A stretch of DNA of 64,000 nucleotides from positions 416,001 to 480,000 of the forward strand of contig CAVXTH010000005.1 in assembly GCA_963764625.1 (NCBI GenBank), read 5' to 3'. Below are positions 1 through 10,796 of the stretch, piece after piece (position 1 is the first letter of the stretch; every line of letters begins with the position of its first letter). Under the pieces are notes generated by a model. It worked only from the letters and a program-made list of their open reading frames with translations, ran no database searches and was not told where the DNA came from. The DNA is from Candidatus Krumholzibacteriota bacterium. GTDB taxonomy: Bacteria; Krumholzibacteriota; Krumholzibacteriia; JAJRXK01. Position numbers and translations under genes: made by a program.

Positions 1-441
1 GTGCCCGTGGTAGCAACCTACGAACTTGAGAAACTTGTCCCGGTGCGTCAGGCCGCGCGCCAACCGTACCGCACTCATGGTGGCTTCGGTGCCACTGCTG
101 ACCAGACGCACCATCTCGATGGAGGGAAGAAGAGCGCAGATTCTCTCGGCCAGCTCGACTTCGAGGGCAGTGGGAGCCCCGAAGCTCGTGCCCCTCTCCG
201 CGGTCTGCCGCAGTGCCTCGAGCACTTCCGGATGCGCGTGTCCCAGGATGAGCGGGCCCCAGCTGCAGATGTAATCGATGAAGCGATTGCCGTCTTCATC
301 GTACATGTAGGCGCCTTTGCCCTTCGTGATGAACGGCGTATCGCAGTGGGCCGAGGCGAAGGCCCGCACCGGAGAGTTCACGCCCCCAGGAATAACCTTG
401 GCCGCGCGCGCGAGGAGCTCGCGGCTGAGGGATTGATCCAT
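1..441 (-). CDS. hemL: Glutamate-1-semialdehyde 2,1-aminomutase, 5' part (runs off window edge)
   Basis: Not in the ORF track. Manual translation from ATG at 441 gives [28 protein letters not shown]...[24 protein letters not shown], the HemL N-terminal signature. Lies directly downstream of hemB. Confidence 0.95.
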   Translation of the reverse strand, partial: MDQSLSRELLARAAKVIPGGVNSPVRAFASAHCDTPFITKGKGAYMYDEDGNRFIDYICSWGPLILGHAHPEVLEALRQTAERGTSFGAPTALEVELAERICALLPSIEMVRLVSSGTEATMSAVRLARGLTHRDKFLKFVGCYHGH

Positions 442-445
442 GACC

Positions 446-1420
446 CTATTCCTTCCGCAGAATCTTCGCGGCTTCGATCGCCGCGTAGGTGAGAATGAGA
501 TCGGCTCCGGCGCGAACAAAGCTGGTCAGAGTCTCCATCAACACCGTGTCGTAATCGATCCACCCGTTTTGCGCGGCCGCCTTTAGCATCGCGTACTCCC
601 CGCTGACGTGGTAGACGGCGGTGGGCATCTCGAAGCGATCCTTCACGCGACTGAGAATATCCAGGTAGGGCAGACCCGGTTTGACCATGACGATGTCGGC
701 TCCCTCGGCGATGTCCAGCTCGACTTCCCTCAACGCCTCGCGCCCGTTCGCGGGGTCCATCTGGTAGCTCTTGCGGTCTCCGAACTGGGGTGGGCTTTCC
801 GCCGCGTCGCGGAACGGGCCGTAGTAGCCACTGGCGAACTTCGCCGCATAGGCCATGATGGGAATGTGCCCGAATCCCTCGTCGTCCAAGAGCTCGCGAA
901 TGACTCCGACGCGCCCATCCATCATATCGCTGGGCGCCACCATGTCGGCGCCGGCTCTCGCGTGACTCAAGGCCTCTTTCGCCAAGAGCTCGAGGGTCTT
1001 GTCGTTGTCGACGTCCCCGTCGACGATCACTCCACAGTGTCCGTGATCGGTGTACTCGCACATGCAGACATCGGTGATTACCGTCATCTCGGGCAAGCGT
1101 TCCTTCAGCGCTTGCACCGCCTGCTGGATGATTCCGTCCTCGGCGTAGGCTTCGCTCCCCACCGCGTCCTTGTGGCTGGGGATGCCGAAGAGAATGGTCG
1201 AGGCCACCCCCAGGTCGGCCGCCTGCGACAATTTCTCCAGCAGCTTGTCGATCGAGAGCTGGCTCTGTCCCGGCATCGATTTGATGGGCCGATCGATTCC
1301 CTCTCCCGGCACCACGAATACGGGATAGATGAGCTGCTCGACCCGAAGATGGGTTTCGCGGACCATGGCTCGAAGTTGGGGGGTGCGTCGCAGCCGGCGC
1401 ATGCGTTGTTCGGGAAACAT
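446..1420 (-). CDS. hemB: Porphobilinogen synthase (delta-aminolevulinate dehydratase)
   Basis: RMRRLR N-terminus, Zn-binding [36 protein letters not shown] at 1420 is preceded by AAGGAG. Confidence 0.97.
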   Translation of the reverse strand: MFPEQRMRRLRRTPQLRAMVRETHLRVEQLIYPVFVVPGEGIDRPIKSMPGQSQLSIDKLLEKLSQAADLGVASTILFGIPSHKDAVGSEAYAEDGIIQQAVQALKERLPEMTVITDVCMCEYTDHGHCGVIVDGDVDNDKTLELLAKEALSHARAGADMVAPSDMMDGRVGVIRELLDDEGFGHIPIMAYAAKFASGYYGPFRDAAESPPQFGDRKSYQMDPANGREALREVELDIAEGADIVMVKPGLPYLDILSRVKDRFEMPTAVYHVSGEYAMLKAAAQNGWIDYDTVLMETLTSFVRAGADLILTYAAIEAAKILRKE

Positions 1421-1456
1421 CTGCACTCCTTCTATCGTTGGCCGGGCCGCACACGC

Positions 1457-2476
1457 TCAGCGCGCGTTGCCCGCGCTCTCCTTGGCGGCGCGCACGATGG
1501 CCGCACCGCCCTGTGAAAGTAGATCCGCCGCCACCGCGTGGCCCAGTTCGTGGGCGAGCCGAAGCACCGAGTTCGCGTCTCGCTTCGCAGGGGAGCTGGA
1601 CGCAGCGCGTTTCTCCGCGCTCAACATGGAGCTTCCATCGGGCTTGCCCAGACGCGCCCTGAGCCAGAGCTCTCCATCTTCCTCCACGCAGAATCCGGCC
1701 AGAGGCACCACGCAGCCGCCCGCCACCCCTTCGAGCAGGGCCCGCTCCGCGGTGGCGCGCGTTTGGCTCGAGAGATCGTTCAGCGGCGCCACCAACGCGA
1801 CCGCCGGGTCGTTCGCGCGGACTTCCAGACCCAAGATTCCCTGCCCCACGGCGGGAAGCAAGATTTCCGGTTCCAACAGACCGCTCACCCGGTCGAGCCA
1901 ACCCATGCGCTTCACCCCTGCCACCGCCAGCACCATGGCATCGAATTGACCCTCTTCGAATTTCCGCCAGCGCGTATTCACGTTGCCGCGCAAATCCACC
2001 ATCTTCAGATCGGGGCGATGATGCAGGAGCTGACTGCGGCGACGCAGACTCCCCGTCGCCACGCGGGTGCCCTCCGGGAGATCGTCCAGGGACACTCCCT
2101 CGCGATGGAACCAGGCATCCCGTGGATCCTCGCGTGGGGAGCAGGCCGCCAGGGTGCAGCCCTCGGCCAGCAGGGCCGGCACGTCCTTGAGCGAATGCAC
2201 CGCCACGTCGATTACACCGGCGAGCAATTTCTGTTCGAGAGTGTGCGTGAAGAGACCGATCTCTCCGATGCGTGAGAGCGGAGTCGAGAGATCCTGGTCG
2301 CCCTTGGTCGAGACTTCCACGATCTCCACCTCTATCGTGGGCCAGGCCTCGCGCAGGCGGTCGCGCGTCCAACGCGCCTGCCAGAGCGCCAGTTCGCTTC
2401 CCCGGGTCCCGAGCCGAACCGAATGCATCGGCGGTTTTTCGGGATCGCGATGCGAGCTCGTTTGCGAATTCAGCAT
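1457..2476 (-). CDS. hemC: Hydroxymethylbilane synthase (porphobilinogen deaminase)
   Basis: GTRGSELALWQ, AVHSLKDVP, SLRRRSQL, LRGNVNTR, PAVGQG, GGCVVP (dipyrromethane Cys). Confidence 0.97.
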   Translation of the reverse strand: MLNSQTSSHRDPEKPPMHSVRLGTRGSELALWQARWTRDRLREAWPTIEVEIVEVSTKGDQDLSTPLSRIGEIGLFTHTLEQKLLAGVIDVAVHSLKDVPALLAEGCTLAACSPREDPRDAWFHREGVSLDDLPEGTRVATGSLRRRSQLLHHRPDLKMVDLRGNVNTRWRKFEEGQFDAMVLAVAGVKRMGWLDRVSGLLEPEILLPAVGQGILGLEVRANDPAVALVAPLNDLSSQTRATAERALLEGVAGGCVVPLAGFCVEEDGELWLRARLGKPDGSSMLSAEKRAASSSPAKRDANSVLRLAHELGHAVAADLLSQGGAAIVRAAKESAGNAR

Positions 2477-3918
2477 GGAGCCTCCTCGAGTCCGGGAGTC
2501 GCGAGCAGGTATTCGGTCACCTCACGGCCGATCTCTTCGGAATGAGCCACGCAGGAATTGAACGCGATGCCACAGATGCTGTTTCCCGTGAGGAAGATCC
2601 CGCGATGATCCGCGAGGGCCTCGCGAGCGCTCGCGATCCGCTGCAGATGTCCCAACTCGTACTGCGGGATGCCCTCGTTCCAGCGAAAGTTCCGTCGAAA
2701 GCCGGGCTCACCCTGGATCCGCAAGAGCGGGGAAATCTCGCGCTGGACGAGCTGGCGCAATTCCTCGTCCCCGAGCTCGTTGGCCTGCGGGTCGTGACGT
2801 CCGCCCACCATGGCACGGAGGAGCACGTGGTCCCCCGGTGCGTGCCCTGCAAAGGTCGCGTGAATGTACAGCACCCCCAGGGTACGCAGCCCCTCGCCGC
2901 GGGGAATGAGCGCCCCGAAGCCCCGCACGTCCCCCCGAACTTGCGCTCGCTCGTAACCCAAACAGACAACGTGGACTCCCGCCAGGGGAACCTGAGAAAG
3001 GGGATCCGCGGCGGCCGGAACCAGGGAATTCAGAATCTCCGCCATGCCCGGAGCGGGCAGCGCCAGAACCAGTGCCTCCGCGTCCAGGGTGGACGCTTCG
3101 CCCAAGGAGTTCTCCAGAAAGACACGGTAGCCTCGGCCGTGGGCCTCGACGCGGGTGGCGCGGGTCGCGAGTCGCAGATCCTGCTCGCGCAGACTGCGGG
3201 TGAGCGCCTCGATGGGCACTGCCATGCCCTCGTCGAAGGAGTGCAGAATGCCGCCGGGACCCGCCTCGACTCTGCGCGTTGTGCCGGTGGCCTTGGCCTG
3301 CCGCTTCGCCTCCTTGCGCTTTTGGAACATGCCGCGAAAGAGCCCGCCGTACTCGCGCTCCAGGGTGGCGATTTTGGGGAAGGCGGCCGGAAGCGAAAGG
3401 CGGGAGATGTCACCGGCGTGAATTCCGCTGACCATGGAATCGAGCATGACCTCGGTGAACTCACGGCCCAGACGTCGCTCGCCGAACGCCCGGACCGATT
3501 CGTCGTCGTCTGTGAGACGCGGAGAACGAAAGTACTCGCCTGCCATCGAGAGCTTTCCCCTGAAGGAGAGCAAAGGCGAGGCAAGGAACTTCAAGGGGTT
3601 CATCGAGAGTTCGTGGAAACGGTGGTTGCGATAGATGAAGCGGCGCGCCGCCGAATCCTCGCTGGGCAGGAGCCGATCGCGCAGGCCGAGATCGTCCACC
3701 AGGCGCAGCGTCGCGGGCTCGTTGTCCAGGAATCCCTGCGGTCCGGCTTCGCACACGTAACCCTCGGTGCGCTCGCTCTGGACCTTTCCGCCCATGGTCG
3801 TACCCGCCTCCACCACCACCAGTGAGAGCGGCAGATCCGACTCACTCGCCTCCTGACGAATGCGATAGGCGCTCGCCAGCCCTGAGATGCCCCCACCCAC
3901 TACCACGACACGCTTCAT
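2470..3918 (-). CDS. hemY: Protoporphyrinogen/coproporphyrinogen oxidase (HemY family, FAD-dependent)
   Basis: MKRVVVVGGGISGL FAD motif, EAGP, GIHAGD, FPK, GFGAL, IPQY..GH. Located within the hem operon. Start reassigned to ATG 3918. Confidence 0.93.
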   Translation of the reverse strand: MKRVVVVGGGISGLASAYRIRQEASESDLPLSLVVVEAGTTMGGKVQSERTEGYVCEAGPQGFLDNEPATLRLVDDLGLRDRLLPSEDSAARRFIYRNHRFHELSMNPLKFLASPLLSFRGKLSMAGEYFRSPRLTDDDESVRAFGERRLGREFTEVMLDSMVSGIHAGDISRLSLPAAFPKIATLEREYGGLFRGMFQKRKEAKRQAKATGTTRRVEAGPGGILHSFDEGMAVPIEALTRSLREQDLRLATRATRVEAHGRGYRVFLENSLGEASTLDAEALVLALPAPGMAEILNSLVPAAADPLSQVPLAGVHVVCLGYERAQVRGDVRGFGALIPRGEGLRTLGVLYIHATFAGHAPGDHVLLRAMVGGRHDPQANELGDEELRQLVQREISPLLRIQGEPGFRRNFRWNEGIPQYELGHLQRIASAREALADHRGIFLTGNSICGIAFNSCVAHSEEIGREVTEYLLATPGLEEAPC

Positions 3919-3976
3919 GCGGAAAATCTCCAAAGGAAGTCGCGGGGAATCGTCCTCTTCCCCGACATGACTCGCG

Positions 3977-5032
3977 TCATGCGCGCCACTCTTGGATCGT
4001 GGTGACGAAGGACGCGACTGAATCGAGGGGAGTTTCGGGGATGACGCCATGGCCCAAATTCGCGATGTACCCGCGGCGGCCGCGCATTGCATCGAGCATC
4101 CTCTTCGTGCGCTCGGCCACGAATTCGGGCGGCCCCAAGAGCACCAGAGGATCGAGGTTTCCCTGGAGCACGATCTCCGCGCTCACGCGCGCGCGCAGCT
4201 CGGCGGGCTCCACCCGCCAATCCACCGAGATCGCGTCCGCTCCGGCCGTGGCCTGCGCCTCGATCAACGATGCCCCGCCGTTCAGGTAGTAGATGCAACG
4301 TCCCTGGGCGGCGTGAATCTTGGCTGCGACTCTCTTGGCGTAGGGCAGAGCCCACTGCTCGTAGTCGCTGGGGGAGAGCAACCCGGCCCAGGTGTCGAAG
4401 AACTGCACCGCATCGGCCCCGCTTGCGAGCTGCTGGACCAGGTAGTCACCGATCTGTTCGGCCAGAAGCTCCAGCACTCTCCGCGCAGTCTTGGGGTGAT
4501 GCCACAGGAAGGCCTTGGTGCGCGGGTAGAGCCGGCTGGTCTCCCCTTCGACCAGGTAGGCCAAGAGAGTGAAGGGCGCACCCGCGAAACCCAAAAGGGC
4601 CTTCGAGGGATCGAGGGAGGAGCGGGTCGCCTTCAACGCCGCGTGAATCCAGGGCAGCTCGTCCTTTGCATCGACCAGATGCAGCCGCTCGAAGCTCTCC
4701 TCGCTGTCGAAGCGCTCGGCCAGCTTGGGTCCGCCCTCCCCGAAGCGAAAGTCGGCCCCCATGGCGATGAGGGGAAAGAGGATGTCGCTGAAGATGATCG
4801 CCGCGTCGAAGTCGTAGCGCTCAATGGGCTGCAGGCTCACCTCACGGCCCAGCTCGGTGTCGCGGCAGAGGTCGAGGAAGCTGGCCTTACGCCTAACCTC
4901 CCTGTATTCGGGAAGATAGCGGCCTGCCTGGCGCATCATCCAGACTGGAGGACGGACCGTTTCCTCCCGGCGCAGGGCCTTCAGGAAGAGCGCATCTTGG
5001 CTCGCCCGGGTGGGGGGGCTGCTCTGGGACAT
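3977..5032 (-). CDS. hemE: Uroporphyrinogen decarboxylase
   Basis: PVWMMRQAGRYLPEY, AAIIFSDIL, GFAGAPFTL, QGNLDP, NLGHG. Start reassigned to ATG 5032. Confidence 0.97.
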   Translation of the reverse strand: MSQSSPPTRASQDALFLKALRREETVRPPVWMMRQAGRYLPEYREVRRKASFLDLCRDTELGREVSLQPIERYDFDAAIIFSDILFPLIAMGADFRFGEGGPKLAERFDSEESFERLHLVDAKDELPWIHAALKATRSSLDPSKALLGFAGAPFTLLAYLVEGETSRLYPRTKAFLWHHPKTARRVLELLAEQIGDYLVQQLASGADAVQFFDTWAGLLSPSDYEQWALPYAKRVAAKIHAAQGRCIYYLNGGASLIEAQATAGADAISVDWRVEPAELRARVSAEIVLQGNLDPLVLLGPPEFVAERTKRMLDAMRGRRGYIANLGHGVIPETPLDSVASFVTTIQEWRA

Positions 5033-5165
5033 GACACGCCTTCCGTGGAGGGAGGGGGAACGGAAGAGCAAGCTTAGGCGGCGGTCGCATCGTGGGCAAG
5101 GCGGCACCGGGCGAAAGCTCGATTGTGGTATAGTTCCACGCATCGCACCCCTTGAAAGGACTCCC

Positions 5166-6972
5166 ATGGCTCCCCGACTCTCGATTCTCCGCCGGCTCAC
5201 CGGGTTTGCGGCGGCTGCCGCTTTGACCCTCGCGCTCACCCCCCCGGCTCGTGCCGGGGCCCTCCCGATCACCCCCGACGGGCAGTTTGGCGATTGGACC
5301 GCCGCCGCCCAGGAGAGCCTCGACCCCACAGGGGACGGCGGGAGCAGCGGCATCGACTTCACTCACCTGCAGATCGCCCACGACCAGGATTGGGTGTTCC
5401 TGCGCTTTGACACCACCGCCGAGGTGCAGCCCGACGAGCAGCAGGACATTCGCTTCTATCTCGACACCGACATGAACGCGGCCACCGGATACTCGATCAA
5501 TGGCATCGGGGCCGACCTGGTGTGGGAGCTCGGGCAGAGGAGCGGGACCTTCTACACCCCGTCGCCCCGGAGCATCGACCATCCGGACATCGGATTGGTC
5601 GATCGCGCCCACCGTCAGCGGAACCGAATTCGAAATCGCCCTGCGACGCGACGCGGTTCCCGCCGGAGGGCAGCCCCTGTTTCCCGGCAACGACTTCCGC
5701 ATGGTGATCTTAGACAATTCGAGCGGAGGGGATCGCCTGCCCGACAGCGGTGGCGTGAGCTACACCCTGGACGCCACGAGCTTTCCCATTCCCACCATTC
5801 CTCTGGAGCAACCGGGCGCCTCGACCATTCGTGTGGCGGGTTACAACGTCCAAAGTGACGGCCTCTTCGACAATTCGAGCGCGCACCAGACGGCGCTGGA
5901 CAAGGTGTTCTCCACTGTGAACGCGCAGGTGTGGGTGATCTGCGAGGTCTGGAATCACACCGCCGAACAGGTGCGTCAGGTAGTGGAGGGATATCTGCCC
6001 AGCGGCCCTGGCGAGGATTGGTACGCGATCAAGCTGGACAGCGGCAACGTCATCGTGAGCCGCTTTCCCATCCTCTTGTCCTGGGAAGTCTCGCCAGGCG
6101 ACCGGATCACCGCGGCTCTCTTGGACGTGCGACCCACTTGGGACAGCGATCTCATGATCATCGCGAATCACTGGAGCTGCTGTACCGCCGACGCCAATCG
6201 GCAACAACAAGCCGACGCGACGGTGGCGTTCTTGCGTGACGCGATGACCTCCGGAGGAAACTTCACTCTGGGCGCCGGAACGCCGGTGATCCTGGCCGGC
6301 GACTTCAACCTGGTGGGCTGGCGGCAACAGCTCGACACCCTGGTCTCGGGCGACATCCAGAACGAGTCGAGCTACGGCGCCGACTTCGCGCCCGACTGGG
6401 GCATGGGTACCTTGAGCTACGCGCTCTCCCGTCATCCCGACGCGCGGATGAGCTATACCTGGCGGCAGGACTCGAGCACTTTCTATCCGGGCCTGCTCGA
6501 CTATCTCTTCTACACTTCGAGCCTGGTGACGCTGGAGAGTGGGTTCGTGATGGAGACCCGGACCATGACGAGCACCACCCTGGCCACCTACGGGCTCTCG
6601 GCGAACACCACCCCCGATGCGAGCGACCACGCACCGCGGGTCGGGGACTTCACCATGAACGCGGTGACGGCGACGACTCCCTCGCGAGCCCAGGGAGCCC
6701 GGCTGCTTCCCAACGTCCCCAATCCCTTCAACCCGCGCACGACTCTGCGCTTCTCGTTGGCGAGAGCGGAGCGCGTGCGGCTTGCGATCGTGGATGCGCG
6801 CGGGCGTCAAGTGCGTCAGCTTCTCGATGCGACGCTCCCCGCCGGAAACCACGAGAGCGTGTGGAACGGCGCCGACGACTCAGGGCGCGCGGTGGCCTCG
6901 GGGGTCTATCGCATGGTGTTGCTCGAGGAGGACGGGATCGCCCAGTCGCGGCCAATGGTGTTGGTGCGGTGA
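5166..6972 (+). CDS. Secreted endonuclease/exonuclease/phosphatase (EEP) family protein with C-terminal FlgD-Ig sorting domain; apparent frameshift near 5600
   Basis: Signal peptide after a GAAAGGA RBS (ATG 5166, frame of ORF 5010..5858). Reading continues in ORF 5500..6972 with EEP motifs YNV, ILAGDFN, LDY, SDH and a C-terminal PNPFNP...W.G.DDSG..VASGVY. Confidence 0.8.
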
Positions 6973-7012
6973 ACTTCTGCTGAGCGCCGGGGCTCGAAAA
7001 AGCTGACTCGCG

Positions 7013-8323
7013 CTAGTTCTTCGCGGGAATCGGTTGCAGAGTGACCGTCATCTGCATGTCGCCGGTAACGGTGAAGTAGCGACGCGCATCTAGGTAGCCA
7101 CTCTTAAAGATACGCAATCCATGTCCAGTTGGATTGACCCGGAAAATCGCACGGCCTTCGTCGTTAGTGTTTAGATCTACACTCTCGTTTGACCAGCTCT
7201 CGCTTGTGAGTTCTACATCCACCAAAGGAAACGGCTCACCTTGCGGGTCGAGAACTTGCACTTGAAGCTCATATTGTCCCAACTCCACGGAGAAGAGATC
7301 GCCATCGTTCAGCGGGGGGATGGAAATCGCAATCGGTGCAAAGCTCAAGACTCCTGGAATTCCGGAGATGATGGGTGATCCCAGAAGAGCTGTCGAGAGG
7401 TAAGGGTCTGCCTCGATTCGCGTGGCTCCCGAAAGACCCGCGATCTCGAAGACCTCCCCCTGTCCATCTAAGTAAATCCTCGTTCTTACTTTGTCCTTAC
7501 CTGAGCCCGGGAAAGTGGTTCCCAATGAGAGCGCACCCGACGGAACCGGATCACCGCCCAGCGTGAATCTCACCTGGTGGGAAACCAACGGCAACTCGAG
7601 GCGGATGGTATCTCCACTCGCTATCTGAATACTGTCGGGCCAGTCGTAGTCTACGTAGAAGTCACAACACCGCTGGAGACTGGCACTGAAGCGACCCGCT
7701 TGAGGCAAGAAGATCTCGAAGCCGCCGCCCCCTTCAATGCTTGTCGATGCCAAGAGTCCATCCTGGCCTCCGCCGATCCTCTCCACGTAGGTCGACATTA
7801 TCAGTCGGGCAACCTTGAGGGAATCTGCATAGCGCTCTGGGCCAATGATCCCTACGTGGTACTCACCCCTCAGTACGAATTTTCTCAACTCGTTCTTGAA
7901 GAACAGTACTTTTTCTCTGTCTTCATTGGGAAAAGTAGATCCCGATACAGGTCGAAAGGAGACGCTTAGCGGCAAGTTGGGAACCCACACGGCGAACTTG
8001 CCATCGTCCCCCGTGACAAGCTCGGCGGAAAAGGTGGAAGCAAGTTCTTCCGAGGATGGATGGATCTTCACGTAAACCCCGACCGCTGGCTTCTCATTCG
8101 CATCGAATACCTGTGCCTGCGCTAGAATCATGTCGGGATCGGGCTGTGTGGGAGTTGTGAGTTCGCGGCAGGCCAAAATGCCGGTCATGATAGGCAACGT
8201 CAGAATTATGAAAGAGAAGAGACGCCATACAGAACGATATCTCTGTGGGCTGAGATCTAAGCTCCTTGATTCATGCTTGTCTTCCGCATCCCGCACGGCA
8301 ACCAGTTCCTTTTCCGAGGACAT
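7013..8323 (-). CDS. Hypothetical lipoprotein with prealbumin/carboxypeptidase-regulatory-like beta-sandwich domains (paralog A)
   Basis: Hydrophobic leader with lipobox ILAC. Aligns end to end by eye with 8330..9511. Sequence is visibly more AT-rich than its flanks. Start codon uncertain. Confidence 0.7.
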   Translation of the reverse strand: MSSEKELVAVRDAEDKHESRSLDLSPQRYRSVWRLFSFIILTLPIMTGILACRELTTPTQPDPDMILAQAQVFDANEKPAVGVYVKIHPSSEELASTFSAELVTGDDGKFAVWVPNLPLSVSFRPVSGSTFPNEDREKVLFFKNELRKFVLRGEYHVGIIGPERYADSLKVARLIMSTYVERIGGGQDGLLASTSIEGGGGFEIFLPQAGRFSASLQRCCDFYVDYDWPDSIQIASGDTIRLELPLVSHQVRFTLGGDPVPSGALSLGTTFPGSGKDKVRTRIYLDGQGEVFEIAGLSGATRIEADPYLSTALLGSPIISGIPGVLSFAPIAISIPPLNDGDLFSVELGQYELQVQVLDPQGEPFPLVDVELTSESWSNESVDLNTNDEGRAIFRVNPTGHGLRIFKSGYLDARRYFTVTGDMQMTVTLQPIPAKN

Positions 8324-8329
8324 TCCCGA

Positions 8330-9511
8330 TCAGTTCTCACTGGGCGTTGGCTGCATCTCGATCTCCATCTGACTGTCCCCATTCAGTGAGAAGTACCGTT
8401 CCGCCGGATAAAACCCGCTTTGTGTGACGCGCAGATGAAATCCGCCCGCGTTTAAACGGTAGTATGCTCTTCCATCAGATTGGGTAGAAACACCGGTCGC
8501 GCTGCCCAACGAATCCTCTCCGTAAAAAAGGACATTTGCGTTGGACAGAGAATTTCCCATAGGATCTACTACATGGATCTCGAACAAGTATTGTCCCAGC
8601 TCGAGGTTCATTTGATCCCCGTTCTTCAATGGTGGAATGGAAAGATAGAAACGTACGAACCTCGGACTCTCACTCGTTCCAGAATTGTAGGATGAGAATC
8701 CGATCATCGTCGCTCCCTCCAGTCCTACTACATCGAACAACAGTTTCGAGCCGTCCCCCTCGTAATCACTCGCTAGCAACTTTCCGTTTTGCCAAAACCC
8801 AGTTATGCACTGAAATTCCTGTTGAGAAGGTATTGGGTTCCCCCCGAGCTGCAGCGCAAGTTCAAAGGCAACCAATGGTGCAACTAGACGCAGAGTATCT
8901 CCTCTTACGATCTCGATACTGTCTGGCCAAGTGAAGCTGATCTGAGGATTACAGCAGCGATTAAGACTGGCCTCATAATGACCATCCTGGGGCAAAAAGA
9001 TCTCGAATCGCCCATCATCCCCGAGCTCCACTGAGTTCGAGTAATAGACCAAGTCTCCCTCAGCGTTGAGCACACTGGTTCGCATCGCAATGTTGGCACC
9101 GGACAGCAATCCCATGGAATAGTCGGAGAGCACTGCACCGGAGTAAAAGTCACCCTTCAGAACGAAGCTCTGTACTTCTCCGAGACGAAAATTCACATTA
9201 CTCTCGTCCAGGTCTGGAAGTCCGGTGCGGGAGTTGGGATAGAGATAGACATGCATCGGGAGATTGGGCACCCAAGCTTCGAAGCGGCCTTGAGGATCAG
9301 TCGTCACGTCAGCCACAAAGGTATAACGTAGTTCGTTTGCCTGAGGGTGAATTCGCACACGAGCACCAGTCAAAGGGCTTCCATCGGCGCGAACGAAGAT
9401 TCCCTGTGCCAATACCGTAGCGGCCTCATTTGGTTGAACCGGCGCCGTGAGTTCACGACAGGCGACCAAGCTCAGAGCCAAAACAAGTGCGACGATCCCC
9501 CTAGAACGCAA
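8330..9511 (-). CDS. Hypothetical lipoprotein (paralog B)
   Basis: Lipobox LVAC followed by RELT, as in paralog A. Probable TTG start at 9511 overlapping the upstream gene's stop. Confidence 0.7.
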   Translation of the reverse strand: MRSRGIVALVLALSLVACRELTAPVQPNEAATVLAQGIFVRADGSPLTGARVRIHPQANELRYTFVADVTTDPQGRFEAWVPNLPMHVYLYPNSRTGLPDLDESNVNFRLGEVQSFVLKGDFYSGAVLSDYSMGLLSGANIAMRTSVLNAEGDLVYYSNSVELGDDGRFEIFLPQDGHYEASLNRCCNPQISFTWPDSIEIVRGDTLRLVAPLVAFELALQLGGNPIPSQQEFQCITGFWQNGKLLASDYEGDGSKLLFDVVGLEGATMIGFSSYNSGTSESPRFVRFYLSIPPLKNGDQMNLELGQYLFEIHVVDPMGNSLSNANVLFYGEDSLGSATGVSTQSDGRAYYRLNAGGFHLRVTQSGFYPAERYFSLNGDSQMEIEMQPTPSEN

Positions 9512-10151
9512 AGTCCACCCCCAGGCGCAGGCCATGACTCCAGACGTACTGCACCGCCTCGTCCTGGCCGGAGCCAGTGCCACCCGCGCTGTAGCTGTTT
9601 TTGAGGGAGGTGTAGCGGAAGAGAATCTCCGCCAGCAGACTCGTCTGCTTCCCGAGGCGCAGACTCAGGGTAGGGCCGAGGTCCAGTCCTTCGGTAATGC
9701 TGTTGGGTGCGATTTCGTTGTCGGCGGCCATGAAGGAGACTCCGGCCAACGCGCCGGGAGAGAACAGACGCTCCGGTCTCCACTGGTAGCGGCCGTGTAG
9801 ATTCAGGAACACGGCGCGGCTCCACTCCTGTTGCTCCTCGTCACGAGTGCGAATCTGTTCGAGATCGATTTCCAGACTCATTGAAGGACTGAGCCAGGCG
9901 CCGGCGCGTACGCCGTAGAAGAGATCGTCTTCGAAGCGGAACGCCTTGTTGAAATCCCACCAGCCCACCTGCGTACTCACATGCAGGGCGTGCCCTTCGG
10001 ATAAAACCGCGCCGGAGTCCACCTCCGCCGAACGCGCCGGCCTCACCGCCAAGACGACCACGAGCGCAAACAAGACCGCCATGAGCACGAGCACCAAAAT
10101 CACCGGCGTCCGGCCGCGGAGTCCTCCCTTGGATTCTGGACTAGAAACCAT
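9501..10151 (-). CDS. Small outer-membrane beta-barrel protein (OmpA-like transmembrane domain)
   Basis: Signal peptide, amphipathic strands and C-terminal ...LGVDFAF with terminal Phe (BAM signal). Confidence 0.7.
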   Translation of the reverse strand: MVSSPESKGGLRGRTPVILVLVLMAVLFALVVVLAVRPARSAEVDSGAVLSEGHALHVSTQVGWWDFNKAFRFEDDLFYGVRAGAWLSPSMSLEIDLEQIRTRDEEQQEWSRAVFLNLHGRYQWRPERLFSPGALAGVSFMAADNEIAPNSITEGLDLGPTLSLRLGKQTSLLAEILFRYTSLKNSYSAGGTGSGQDEAVQYVWSHGLRLGVDFAF

Positions 10152-10734
10152 ACTGAACTCCCAGCGAGTAGGAATGCGCCCAGGTCCCGCGCACTCTCTC
10201 GTCCTGCGATTCGGGCGGCAGGTTGGGATCGAAGAGACTGAAGCGCTGATAGCGCAGCATCCACTCGAGGCGCACCACCCAGCGATGGTTGAGATGGTGG
10301 CCCAACCCCAGCCCGACGTCCCAGGCGTCCCCGAAAGAATCGGGGTCGCTGCTGTCGTCCAAACCGGTGAACGCGATCCCCCCCAGTACCGAAGGTTGCC
10401 AGGCCCCGACCCACTTCATGCCCCGGCCGTGCAACGCGACGCACACCTGGCGGGCCGAGTTGCCGGTGATGCGGCGGCTGGTGTAGACCTCGGTGAACTC
10501 GGCCTCGAGCTGAAAGTGTTCGCTGCGGCGCGCGCCCAGACGCGCCCCGAACAGGGGGGCGTCCTTGAAATAGGTGACGGCGTCGAAATGGTAACTCCCC
10601 ACCAGGGGACCGAACTCCAGGGTCCAGGCACCGCGGCCATGCTCGAAGGCGGGAGAGGAAGCGGCGGCGACTGCGTCCACGCTCCCGGGAGCGAGGAGAG
10701 CGACCGCCAGACAGAGGCCGAGGAGGTGTTTCAT
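10141..10734 (-). CDS. Small outer-membrane beta-barrel protein, paralog of 9501..10151
   Basis: MKHLLGLCLAVALL signal peptide, FGARLG, C-terminal LGVQYGF. Colinear with the neighbouring barrel. Confidence 0.72.
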   Translation of the reverse strand: MKHLLGLCLAVALLAPGSVDAVAAASSPAFEHGRGAWTLEFGPLVGSYHFDAVTYFKDAPLFGARLGARRSEHFQLEAEFTEVYTSRRITGNSARQVCVALHGRGMKWVGAWQPSVLGGIAFTGLDDSSDPDSFGDAWDVGLGLGHHLNHRWVVRLEWMLRYQRFSLFDPNLPPESQDERVRGTWAHSYSLGVQYGF

Positions 10735-10796
10735 GCTTCCAAGAATGGGTGAGCGTGGCCCGTGGGTCAATGTTCCCGACCAGCGGTGCAATCAGC

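Noticed and set aside
378-2372. 664-aa minus-strand ORF
   Set aside because: Arg/Gly/Pro-rich alternative frame overlapping hemB and hemC, typical of high-GC shadow ORFs.
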